Assembly (NCBI GenBank): GCA_001642005.1
Contig: LWCA01000042.1
Location: 4,435 to 68,434, forward strand
Source of the DNA: Intoshia linei
Taxonomy: Eukaryota; Animalia; Orthonectida
Reading direction: 5' to 3'
Length of the DNA: 64,000 bases
Shown here: positions 52,997-64,000 of the stretch, in pieces
Numbering within the stretch: the stretch's first letter is position 1
How the letters are laid out: every line of letters starts with the position of its first letter
Notes under the pieces: generated by a model
What the model was told of the DNA's origin: nothing
The model's input: the letters and a program-made list of their open reading frames with translations, nothing else
Database searches by the model: none
Position numbers and translations under genes: made by a program

Positions 52997-54912
52997 TTAA
53001 TAATTAAATGAACATCTTTTAGAAGTTTTGAGATTTTTTTTTAATGATAAAATATCTTGAATAAGTTGACCATCTTTGCTGTCAATTATAGATTCAACAA
53101 ATGATTTATCAATCTAAAAGCTTTAATTAGAAATAAAAATTTAGGTTTTTACCATAGATTCAATTTTTATTTTATATGAAACGTGTTGTTCATTGATTAA
53201 TACTTTTACAAGTCGAATAGATCCTCTAATTATATCTTTAGTGTTATTGTCTATATTGAAATTTTAGTTCATAACATTTTGGGTATTTAAAAAACTTTGC
53301 ATTAATCGAATTAATAAATCTATAATGTGTTTTTGTTTCGATAAAATTGAATATCCTTGTCCGTGTAACGAAAAATTAAACAAATATTTTAATATCATGC
53401 TAAATTTTTAATTTTTAATCAGTATTATAGGTACATTACTTTTGATAAACTTCTTCGTAATAATTACTATTATCTAATATATTTAACAAGGATATCATTC
53501 GATTTGTTATGTGATCACAATTTTCGTTATTCAAAATGTAAGCTAAACCATCGGGTACAGCAGAAATGTCTAAAAATTTTCTTTTTTTTGTAGAGATTTT
53601 TAATTAAGATGGTCACATTATTAGAGAAACTGGGGTATTTTAAAAATTTTGTAAAAAAATTAAAAAAAAACACTTTTCTAAAATGGTCTGCTTTATATCA
53701 ACTACTTGTATAGTATTCTGAATCTGATTAACAATTAAACAGTAATTTTTCGTAGAAAATTTATACTTACAGGTTTCGCGTTTAAAAAAACTAATGAACA
53801 ATTTTTTTTGATAGTAAAAAAGGAGTAAATATTTTTCAAAAATTTTCCTCTTTATTTTTTTAACTCATCTTTCTACCCCATAAAGTTAACCATTTTGAAG
53901 TTAACTAATTTAAAATAAATTAAAACTAGTCAATATTCCCAGGTAATGAGTAGATAAAATTTCATTTTTTGATTGAATATTTGTTAAAAAATTTGATATG
54001 TGGCACATGAAACTAGTCCGAGAATCATTTGTCTAAATTATAGATTATATTAGTTAGAAATGGGCAATATGAATGGAGCACATTAGGGTTGTTCCAAATT
54101 TTTTTAAATTAAGTACAGGTTCGGAAAAAATTGAGTAATTAATCAAAAATGACAATACAAAAAAAAATTTGCAGACGCTGGCCATTTTAAAGGGCGAACA
54201 TTCACTTGAGCGATACATCTTAAGGCTACATAATTATCGATTTTGTAAATAAATCAGAATATTTACTTTTTAATAACAATGGTTAAAGTTTTGTAGTTAT
54301 TAAAATTATGAATAAAGGAATCTACTAAAATTTCTTGAAAAAATAATGATATGATAAATTAATAAATCGATAATTATATCGCTCTTAAATGTATCTCCCA
54401 AACGAATCTCGCTCCAGAGAATAAACGTCTTTTAAAGATACCATACGTTAATAATAATAATAGGAAATCTATATATGCTTTGAAAATTTATATTTAAAGC
54501 TAAATTCAAAAATTACGGTTGACAGTATCGTTTGAACTCCTTCCGGTGTCATTGAAATGTCCCACAATAACTTTGCGCTACTTAAAGTTAAATCCTGAAA
54601 TTTGTAAGGTTCTTTTATCTAAAAGTGTACATGTTACATGGACTCTAAATAAACATACACTAGGTACAATCAGTTTGGTATTTGAATCAATTTTAATTGG
54701 AGGAAATTTGGAGTCTTTCATTTTGGTACTCAAAATTTCTAATTCATCATTTATATTTGTCGTAATATCCTGCCTGAGTATACCCAATAACTTTAAAAAT
54801 TGGAATAATTGCTTGTCATGATTATCATTGATATTAACCATTTTATCGTAAACTTGGTTGTAAAGCATGTTCCATTCATTCAAACAAATCTTTACATTGT
54901 TCATCAGTAATC
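52997..54912 (-). CDS. Multi-exon armadillo-like protein, tentatively HSF2BP/MEILB2-like
   Basis: Short GT-AG introns. Segments ISAVPDGLAYILNN, MILKYLFNFSLHGQGYSIL and IRGSIRLVKVLI resemble HSF2BP ARM repeats. The 5' exons are not resolved. Confidence 0.4.
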
Positions 54913-56523
54913 CTAATAAATTGAGTATTTCCTAAATTTTTCAAACTTAACATTTATACATTAAACCAGTGGTTTTCCAATTTAAAACTCTACGGATCTT
55001 TTTTCATCTAAAATTTTTCTTTCCCAAAAATTCATAAATCACGTTTCTAATATATCTGTCTTTAGTATACTTATATTTGTATAATGACAAAAAGGAAAGA
55101 ATTCAATTTTTGAGATTGAACCCTGTTAGAATTTTTAAAAAACAATACAAACATTTTTTAAATTTTTGTGTAAACCTAAAAATTTCTTTATCAGAACAGC
55201 TCTGGTAGAGCTTCCCATTTTAATGTGAGTTTCTAACTTTGAAAATATAAATTTCTTAGAAAGAAATTTATGATAAAAAATTACTGGAAAAACTAACGTT
55301 AACCACGTTAACCGTGCGCTTTACTTAATAATTACACATGTTAAATAATTCGAAATAATAAAGTATTAATCATTAGGTCAGGTATTTTCAATAATGTTTT
55401 ACAAGAGAAGGCGATTTCTCTGTTAATTTTATTAGGACAATTTAAAATCTAATTGCTAAAAAATGTTACACAAACATATTATCACATTACTTTTTTTGGT
55501 TAACGGTTAATTGAGCTAAACCAAATCAAACGCAAACCCACATTGGGTTAACTACCTTAGGTTATTGTTCGAAAAAATGAGTGGTTAGATTTTTTTGGGT
55601 TCACCACGTATTGACTAAGTACACTAGTGACAGAGTAAGAGACGACTTTTTAAAATTTTCAAAAATTTCAGTGTTTCTATATAAATCTATTTATATTTAC
55701 ACAAATGTTAAAAAAATATAAAAGAAAATAAAATATTTTATTTTCCTTTTTTGATTGTGAAAACGTCACTTTTTGAGGTTAATATTGTGATGTGTGTTCA
55801 TTTGTGGAGATAACTGTATGAACTGTAATTTTTTTATAAAAATCTCGGATTATTTTCATTTTTTATATAAAGAGTCATTTGTGGGTTTTGACCCTAAAGA
55901 TATGCCTTTTTGAAATTGAAATTTATGATAATGTTCATAAACTTATAATCTGTATCAAAGTACAGTTAATTCTGTTATATATGAACATTAAGGGACCAGG
56001 TTTTCATCATGTTCATACTATACTGTAATATGAACATATATGAATGGCGATAATAATATAATTAAAAGTTTCAGTTAAAAGATATAAATTTCTAAAATTG
56101 AAATTTATCTTATTTTCTCCTCCGGAAAAAACTGACTTGGAATTTGTGCTTGTTAAAATTCTATAACTCTTAGTTCTTAAAATAAACGATAACAGACAAA
56201 CAGACACAATGTGTGATCTTCATAATATTTGTCAATTTGAAGGGTTTACATAAACGCATTTGATAAAATTTGACTGGCTACTATGAAAAAATATTTATAA
56301 ACATTTAATTGTATAGTATATAAATGGTTACAATCAAAGCAACGAAGAGCCAACAATGGTTGGCAAAGATAAAAATTGTAGGCTCCCCTATATACAAAAA
56401 AAATTGGGTTTTTCCATACATTACCGAGACCCTCTTACTCAAAAGGTGCTCAACAAAAGTTTTATAAAATTGGTTTCATTTTACCAAATTTGAAAATAAA
56501 AAAATTATATTCTTAAATATCAC

Positions 56524-56972
56524 CAAAGCCATTTTAAGGCATGGGCAATATGGACTATAGCCCAGGGCCACTCATTAAAAAAGGCCCCCAAATTAATAAA
56601 AGTATTTAAACTTATATCTTAAAAATACATCCCCAATTTATTAAAAAATATTTCACATTTATATCTTAAGAAACAGTTTATAAGTTTTGAAGTGTAAGAA
56701 TTCAAATAGTTTAAAGAATCATAGTTCTGGTAAATATTCAATTTAAAATATATTCTACAATGTTCATCATATAATATTGACATAAAAACTATTTCAAATG
56801 ATAATATTAAACATTAAAACCCTCTATTAAGTAAATATTCAAAATATAAAGTAGGAAATCTTTGATTTTCTCTTAATTTTCTAAAAAGGGGCCCTAAAAT
56901 TTTTTTATTGCTTCGCTTAAAACTTTAAAGGGCATCCGGCCCTTTGCCACGAAATGGCTTAAGACGGCTCTG
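56524..56972 (+). mobile_element. hAT MITE with perfect TSD
   Basis: 8-bp TSD aatatcac on both sides. TIRs caaagccattttaag / cttaagacggctctg. Confidence 0.88.
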
Positions 56973-57393
56973 AATATCACATCTATTTTGTATGTAAAAT
57001 GTAAATTTCAAGTCAAGAGTCTTGGAGAGGTTACTACGGCTGAACGCCACTACACATTGTTTGTCAAAATTTTTTAGCTGGATAATTTCATTTTTTCGGT
57101 GACTTCGATCTGGGTAGGTTCCGCTTTGCTTCTATCCATTATTTGATATAGACGTACATTTTTTTTAGCGTTACTGTTGGAATAAAAAATTTTCGTTTTA
57201 CCACACCAACAATTTTTCTAACATCACATTGATTGAGAGTAGTAGACCCCTTCATATAACCCTGATTACAATCGTAAAAATGTTTGAATTAAACATACAG
57301 TAAGTTTTAAAGTAGTTGCTGAACACGTACCACCTTTTGAAAAAGTGACCCACTTAATGAATCGTTGTTGTGTATATTTTTGGTTAAGTTAAC

Positions 57394-57634
57394 TAGGGTT
57401 ACCAACATTAAGTTATCCTCAACAACACAGTATTTATAATTTTCTGACATGTCATATTGAATTTTGTGTGTAATTCGCTTATTCATCTCATATATATAAA
57501 TAAAATATGTTTGATTTGATGATTTTGATTGAAATAATTAAATTACCTTGAGAAATATTACTTAACCCTGAGCCCTGAGTGTAATTTGAAAACCCGAAGT
57601 CTCAGGGGGGAAAATAACGCAGTTGGCAGCCCTA
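57394..57634. mobile_element. hAT MITE with perfect TSD
   Basis: 8-bp TSD aagttaac on both sides. TIRs tagggttaccaac / gttggcagcccta. Confidence 0.88.
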
Positions 57635-59888
57635 AAGTTAACCCACCATTAACAAAACAAAATGGCTTCATTTAAAATTTTCAATACATATATTCTAACT
57701 TGAAAAACTTTAGTAATTCTGTCAAAACGTTGATCTTTAATGTGTAATTAAATTGTATAATTAATTTAATCTAAATAAATACGATAATCTATTCAATTTT
57801 ATTAGATTAAAACTGATTACATTAAAATTGTCCAAATTAAAAATTAAAGAAATACTTAAATCCTTTAGCTTTACTTTGATATTAAAATAATAAAAAAAAC
57901 AAAATTTCTCAACCATCATAAAATTAACGTTTTATTTTTCAATTGATTGGTTCCAATCCCTGACCCAGAGCCGAACCTACCATATCGATGACTCTAGGGG
58001 GAGTCTCAATTAAATTTTTTTATAATGGAGATGTCGTTTTTGAACATCATAACCATTTGTCAAATATAAACTTTCAAGTCAAGAGTCCATACCCCTGACC
58101 ATGAAGTGGCGATGAGAAGCTACCTGGCATTAAAATTCAACAGTACACTGCACACCAACCCGTAATTTTACATATTAAACAGTTTATTTAATATACCTTT
58201 AATTTAATTGAAATCATTTTTCTCAAATTTAAATTGAAAAATTTTAGGAGCGCCTGTGCATATAATATTTATATTATACATGAACAAATTGCGCCAAATA
58301 CAATATCGATTAAAGGTATCACAGCAATTAAATATTTCATTAAAACGTAATTTTATTTATTGTTAATGCAACAAAATAAAATTTACAAAATCGGTGGACC
58401 TATTCATTTTTAGACCTCTGATGTATAATGTAATATCATTTGATACATGGAAAAATAATATAAAGTTTACTAATTATTATAAACTTTTATAATTCAAACA
58501 AATTAAAGACAGTGGTATATATTTGGCACACTGCTAACTTGTTAGATGATTTTTGAATAAAAATTTCTACAACTATGGGCAATTTTATAAATTGTAAAAA
58601 TCATGAATCATGATTTTCAGAGCTGAAAATAAAATATTAATTTTATATCATCGGAAAATAATTTGTCCATTTAACATGAAAATCTTGTATAAATTGAAAT
58701 ATTTGAACATAATGATGTAAGTTACATCATGTAACTAAAATTTTGAAATTAAGGTTCTTTTAATATTCTTCAAATGAGCTTTCTTTGTTTGCAAGAGATG
58801 AAAGTTTCAGACAAGTATTTAATTTAATTATTCATTTCAAGAAATAAATCAAGTTGAATAATTGAACTACATTTGAGTTGTCGAATCGAAAAATTAGATA
58901 TTAAAAAGATAATCAATAAAAGGTAACTTTATGATAAAATAAAAATTGTACAAATAATAATTCTAGAAAAGAAGTTTTCTTATATACTATACTAAAAATT
59001 GCAATATTAAAAGACGTAAATTTAAAATAATATTTTCAGTTTTTTGTCTGAATTATATCCGTTTATATGTTTAGAAATGGAATTTAAATTATGTTTTAAT
59101 ATTGATTAATTTTTGAACAAGAAATGATCCAAATATTGATAAAATGTATTAAATTACTTGAAAAATATTAACTCTACTATAATTAAAAGTGATATTTTTT
59201 TGACATAGAATTCATCTTTTAATTTAAATTTTTTTAGAAGTTTAAATGTAGACATGTACTCTAAGGACAATTTTACTGCAAAGCTAAGATTGTTGCCATA
59301 ATGTGCAAAATTGAAAAGAATAATTAACGACTCGTGTTAACAAGTGCACAGTACCTGTCTAGACACTGTATGATGTTTGAGCTTCATGTCTAACTTCGAT
59401 AATATGTAATTGTAAAAAATGATAATTTGGCTTTGTTTGCCATTTGTATTAAAATTTCATTTTATAAATTGATGAATGACTTATCATCAAGTATTGGCCA
59501 TCACATTGTAATACATTGCTTTAAATTTTAACTCATTGACAAATTCAATTACTACATAATGCTGCATTTGAATAATGTAATGTTTTATTTGCTCTGGTAA
59601 TCTACTAAAAATATGCATCGATATTGAAATTGTCACTTTTCAATCCTTTAGTACCGTTACTTTTAGTTTTGAAAATCTTTTCAAAATATAAAAATATTTT
59701 TAAAATTTACTGCACAATTTTGATACAAAGTCTAGTGGTATTTTTATATATTTTCAACAATTAAATATCATAAAATACCCGTAGATTTGGACTTGTCGGA
59801 AAAATCGACAAGGACAAACTATGGATATTTAATTTTATTCATTATTACTATTTTTTTGTGTTGACTCTTAACTATTTACATTCTAAAA

Positions 59889-60680
59889 ATGGGATTTGTT
59901 AGTATTTTATTCTTGTTAATTTTATCAAAATTATATGGTGAATGCATGAATGGATCTTTACCTCAACATTATAAACTCGACTTTTCAACATTTCAAGATA
60001 CAATAATACCGGAAATTTCACTATATGTTGAAACTCAAGATAACGATGTCTTGGATAAACACATAAAATCAATGCAAAATTTAAAAGAGGCTCTTTTTAT
60101 ATACAAAAAATATAATGTCGTATTTATTCACACTGGAAAGGCTTATATGCCTGTTTCATCTTCACAAATTAAATCAATAAAATCGGGTCAATTTAAAACT
60201 CGGGGTGATGTTTGTATTATTTTTTGTGACTTTTGTAATGGATCCGAGCTAACTATGATTAATTCAAAACCTGTGTGGATTGTACATAATGGTATTTTGT
60301 CAAGTAAAACATTTTTTCAATATTTGGGGTTAATGCTGGGGCTGGAAACCAGAATTCATCAAAATGGAGAAATTAAGGCTGATGCTTTTATTTATGATTC
60401 TATTGGTACAACATTAATATTAAGTAAATTTTCGATAAAGGTTCTCAATGAGATTAAAAAGAAGAAACGCGAGTTTAGATTAGTCTCTGATGTAAATATT
60501 AATTACAGTGTTTTTACTCTTGTAAATGCCAAGTTGACGTCTCTTGGTGGACAAGAAAAATTTTCTCCATGTCCAGAAATTACAATAGATGATTGTATTT
60601 TAGGAACCTATACTACAAAAAATAATTTTTGCAGGATCAAGTTTTTACTTGATTCAGATTGTTTTGAAAAAGATAGGTAA
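59889..60680 (+). CDS. Secreted protein, first exon; possibly a catalytically dead reprolysin/ADAM-like domain
   Basis: Signal peptide MGFVSILFLLILSKLYG. ISLYVETQD resembles the reprolysin first strand, and TFFQYLGLMLGL..IH occupies the HELGHxLGxxH position. Cys-rich tail and a probable donor (gtaatt) near 60677. Confidence 0.5.
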   Translation: MGFVSILFLLILSKLYGECMNGSLPQHYKLDFSTFQDTIIPEISLYVETQDNDVLDKHIKSMQNLKEALFIYKKYNVVFIHTGKAYMPVSSSQIKSIKSGQFKTRGDVCIIFCDFCNGSELTMINSKPVWIVHNGILSSKTFFQYLGLMLGLETRIHQNGEIKADAFIYDSIGTTLILSKFSIKVLNEIKKKKREFRLVSDVNINYSVFTLVNAKLTSLGGQEKFSPCPEITIDDCILGTYTTKNNFCRIKFLLDSDCFEKDR

Positions 60681-60923
60681 TTTTATTTGTATTTTCTTGT
60701 TAACTATCTTGATTGTTACATGTATTGTATTGTACTTCATACAAATGGCTTCTAGTTCTGCTGAGGGAAGATTTTTTAATTTTAAGACTAATTTCTTAAA
60801 AAAAGTTATAGTTACAGTTACAACCAGGGATTATTACAAATGTTGCACTTGTAAAAAAAATAATTTTTGGGTCATTTTAATTATAATAATGTACTAATGA
60901 AATCACTAATATTATAAAACTAA

Positions 60924-62241
60924 CTAGGTTGATTGTTATGTACTATGTACATTGTACAAACAGGACCTAGCTCTGCCGAGGGCACATTTTTCATTCATCC
61001 GGTCCATCCAAACAAAATTTCTTTTCATCAGAAAAGCACACTTTGTCCCAATTTCTTCCGATAATAACTTTTCCTTATTTCAGCCTTTTTTGTTTATGAC
61101 ATAATGTGAGCAAAAGAACAGCTTTCAATATTTCTAATCGTATAATAGGTGATTATTTAAGAACACACTATACTATTGATGCTGATATACAATTCCCAGT
61201 ATCTCACAATTTTATTCACAGATTTTGTTGAATTAGATACATTTCAAATACTTGCACTTTCTAACATTAATTGTAAATAAGGGGTGATTTTTGATCATTT
61301 TTAAGTATTTTATGTATGGCGGATTTGTGTACATTAAACGCTTGAGAAATTTCTACTATATATTTGATTTCTAATCTCAACATAACTACCTTTCGCCTAT
61401 CTTTGTCACTTAAATGGTTTTTTTGGGGTGACATTAAAATAAAATCTAAATATTATATAAGGACATTATACACTAATACCCTCTGATGGTTACCTGCGAA
61501 AAAAATTGTAAATTGATTATAAATATCTCATGTACAATGTACCATGCACATTTTTTTTGAAATTGTAGTATCAATATTTACATTTTTGATTTTAATCGAA
61601 ATATTTGAAAAATATTGGTTGATAATATATTAAAAATTATTTTTCACCGCGAATGCGTAGATTTCTGGGGTTGAAATTTTGTATTTATATCAACTGGAAT
61701 AAGCTCTATCAGAATAATTTTTTTTTTTAATTTTCGGACTGTTAATTATTTTACATTTTTTGTTTTAATAAAATATTGCAGAAAAAAAATATGAATACTA
61801 AAATGCGTTTTTGACCGTGAAGTCGTCACTTATTCAAATTGAAATTTTTTATGTGTGTTAACATGATACAAATCTACCACCTGTAAATTTTTTTAAATTT
61901 TAGGGCTGTTTTCAAAAAAAAGGAAGGGAATTTGGGATTTTGGATATGAAGGTATAATTTTTTTAAATTTAAATTTATGATAATGTTTATGATTTTAAAA
62001 TTTTCATCAGCGTATATATTTTTTAAATTTTCCTACTCGTTTAATTTTCAAAAAGAGGGACAACTGGGGTTTGTGACCCCTAAGATGTGAAATTGGGAGG
62101 TTGAAATTTATCTTATTATACGTCCCGGAAAAAACTGTCATTGAAATGTGGTCTTTAAAAAAATCTAAGAGTTGTGGTTATTTCATTAAAGTCACACACA
62201 TACACAAACAAAAATCGCGTAGCATATTATATAAGTTAGGA
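60924..62241 (-). mobile_element. Complete Helitron carrying a Tc3 transposase fragment
   Basis: Minus strand reads A|TCCTAACTTATATAA at 62241 through to hairpin plus CTAG|T at 60924. Internal 60990-61435 translates MSPQKNHLSDKDRRKV...HKQKRL..GRNWDKVCFSDEKKFCLDGPD. Confidence 0.8.
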
Positions 62242-62259
62242 TTATACGCGATTTAATAC

Positions 62260-62520
62260 AGTTAATATCGGAAGAAATTGGGACAAAGTTTACTTTTCTG
62301 ATGAAAGGATATTTTTTTGGGTGGACCGGATGGATGCTCTCATTATTGGAATGACATCAGGAAGGTTAGACTTCAAAAGCCTAAAAGGCAATGTAAAGAT
62401 GGTGGTATTATGGTATAGGTAGAATTTTGGGCATGTGGAAATACATATATGATCTTTGTTGATGTTAAAATGAACTCCGATTGTTATTAGAATTTAATTT
62501 CCATTAATCTACTGCTATAA
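62260..62520 (+). mobile_element. Tc3 transposase central fragment
   Basis: IGRNWDKVYFSDE..GPDGCSHYWNDIRK..DGGIMV..KMNSDCY, frameshifted. Confidence 0.75.
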
Positions 62521-62579
62521 AGGGTAAAGGTAATGAATCATGTTAGATTAAATTTAAAATTTTAATGTTAAAATTAGAT

Positions 62580-63260
62580 AATTCCGCCCTCGATAGAGCT
62601 AGATACTGTTTGTACTTAGTACAAAACAGCCAAGCTAATGTTTCATAAAATTTTAGCAAGTTTCATTTTTAGTGGTTTTGATCACGAAGGTGTGCATTTA
62701 TGAGGCTGAGATTTACGACAATGTTAATGATTTTACAACGCTTCCAGAATTTATGTTGTATTATATTTGTGGGCTAATTTTGTTTTTAAACAAAAGGGCA
62801 AATTGGGTTTTTGACCCTAAAGTACTCAAATTCTGAAATGAAAAATAGATATAAACATCCATGCGAATAAATTATATTATAACTTGTATGTAAATAGGGC
62901 CATAAAATTTCCATCTGACCCGGACCTACTGATGGCTCTCCACGACCCACGTGTAGCCAATTATAAATTATATCCTTACTTATATAAAGTAAAATGGTTA
63001 AAAATGTATGTCTGTTTATTTATTTGTTCCAGTTTATTTAAGAAAGTAAGGTTAGTCGAGTTTTACAAATTCCATATTCTTATAATAGTTTATACAGAGT
63101 GATGTTCTATCGCAAATTTCAATTTCAGAAATTCAGTCCTTCAAGGTTAAAAACCCAAATTTTCCTTTGTTTTTAAATTCAAACCCATCCTAGATTTATT
63201 ACACATTATAATAAAAAGTTTTAAATTCATCAATGTTATGATGATTTTCAATTTCAAAAT
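62580..63260. mobile_element. Helitron-family fragments (3' end 62580-62638, minus body, new 5' end at 62973)
   Basis: ccctcgatagagctag..tgtttgtacttagtacaaaacag and A|TCCTTACTTATATAA. Confidence 0.65.
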
Positions 63261-63345
63261 CTTATATTAGGTCATTCACAAATTAACGTCGTTTTTATAA
63301 CTATAATTAAAACTTCTATAATAACAATTTTGATTAACCTTTATT

Positions 63346-63879
63346 CTACAAAATATTCTCCATTGCATTCATCAATTCTTCTCCAACGTTCCGGTAGCTT
63401 CTTAATTCCATTTTGAAAAAAACTCTGGGTTTATTTGTCAAAAAGGTATCAATGTCAGATTTTAAATGCTCAATTGAATCGTATTTTTTTCCATGGTAAT
63501 GGTTACTCATCGACCTAAAAAGGTGATAGTCAGAAGGAGCAATGTTTGGAGAATATGGTGGGTGATCTAATACCTCATAATTAAGGTCCATTAAATGTTT
63601 TCTAGTCTTTATAACAGTATGAGGTCTAGCATTGTCGTGTAATAAAATAATATTACCTTTAAAGAACATTCGAGGTTCTTTACGGTAAATTGCATCGGTC
63701 AATTTATCCAATTGTTCGCAATACTTTTCTGCATTAATGGTTTCTTTGTTTTTAAGATAATCATAATAAAGTATGCCTTTCATATCCCACCAAATACTCA
63801 TCATTACCTTTTTACCATGGAGTTCTGGTTTTGGAGTCAATATCGGTGATTCCTGGGAAGATAGCCATTGTTTTTTCAA
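63346..63879 (-). mobile_element. mariner (DD34D) transposase fragment
   Basis: KPELHGKKVMMSIWW, LLHDNARPH and HPPYSPNIAPSDYHLF. N-terminus missing and C-terminus frameshifted. Confidence 0.92.
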
Positions 63880-64000
63880 TTTAGTATTTAATTTAAATTT
63901 AATTTAGTAGGCACTGGTTTTTTAACAGCTGGTAACAAAGGAAAGTGATTGACATGTTTGAATTGGAGATTTTTTCAATTCACTTTTTATTTGACTAATA

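Noticed and set aside
54190-54414. Imperfect palindrome as a structured RNA gene
   Set aside because: More consistent with a decayed intronic MITE; no tRNA, snRNA or miRNA hallmarks.

Overview
Very AT-rich eukaryotic (animal) genomic DNA. Genes have many ~37-45 nt introns plus a few long introns packed with transposons, which resembles compact-genome invertebrates such as the orthonectid Intoshia (organism is my inference only). Host genes recognised by spliced translation: a Janus/PHPT1 phosphohistidine phosphatase, BRE1 (RNF20/40), a serotonin transporter (SLC6A4-like), an SLC7 amino-acid transporter light chain, a ZNRF1/2-like RING ligase, an EPS8-like adaptor, a possible HSF2BP-like armadillo protein, a secreted reprolysin/ADAM-like protein lacking HEXXH, and two unassigned minus-strand genes. 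Mobile DNA includes Tc1, Tc3, mariner, pogo/Tigger, hAT (Buster-type and MITEs), a piggyBac-like MITE and an abundant non-autonomous Helitron family. The main discovery is a degenerate endogenous rhabdovirus-like L polymerase sequence (~16950-18600, minus strand). It sits just upstream of, and co-oriented with, a Buster-type hAT transposase that has lost its 5' end, and the whole block lies antisense inside intron 2 of BRE1. Homology calls come from my recall of family motifs, not from searches; exon coordinates were read by hand.
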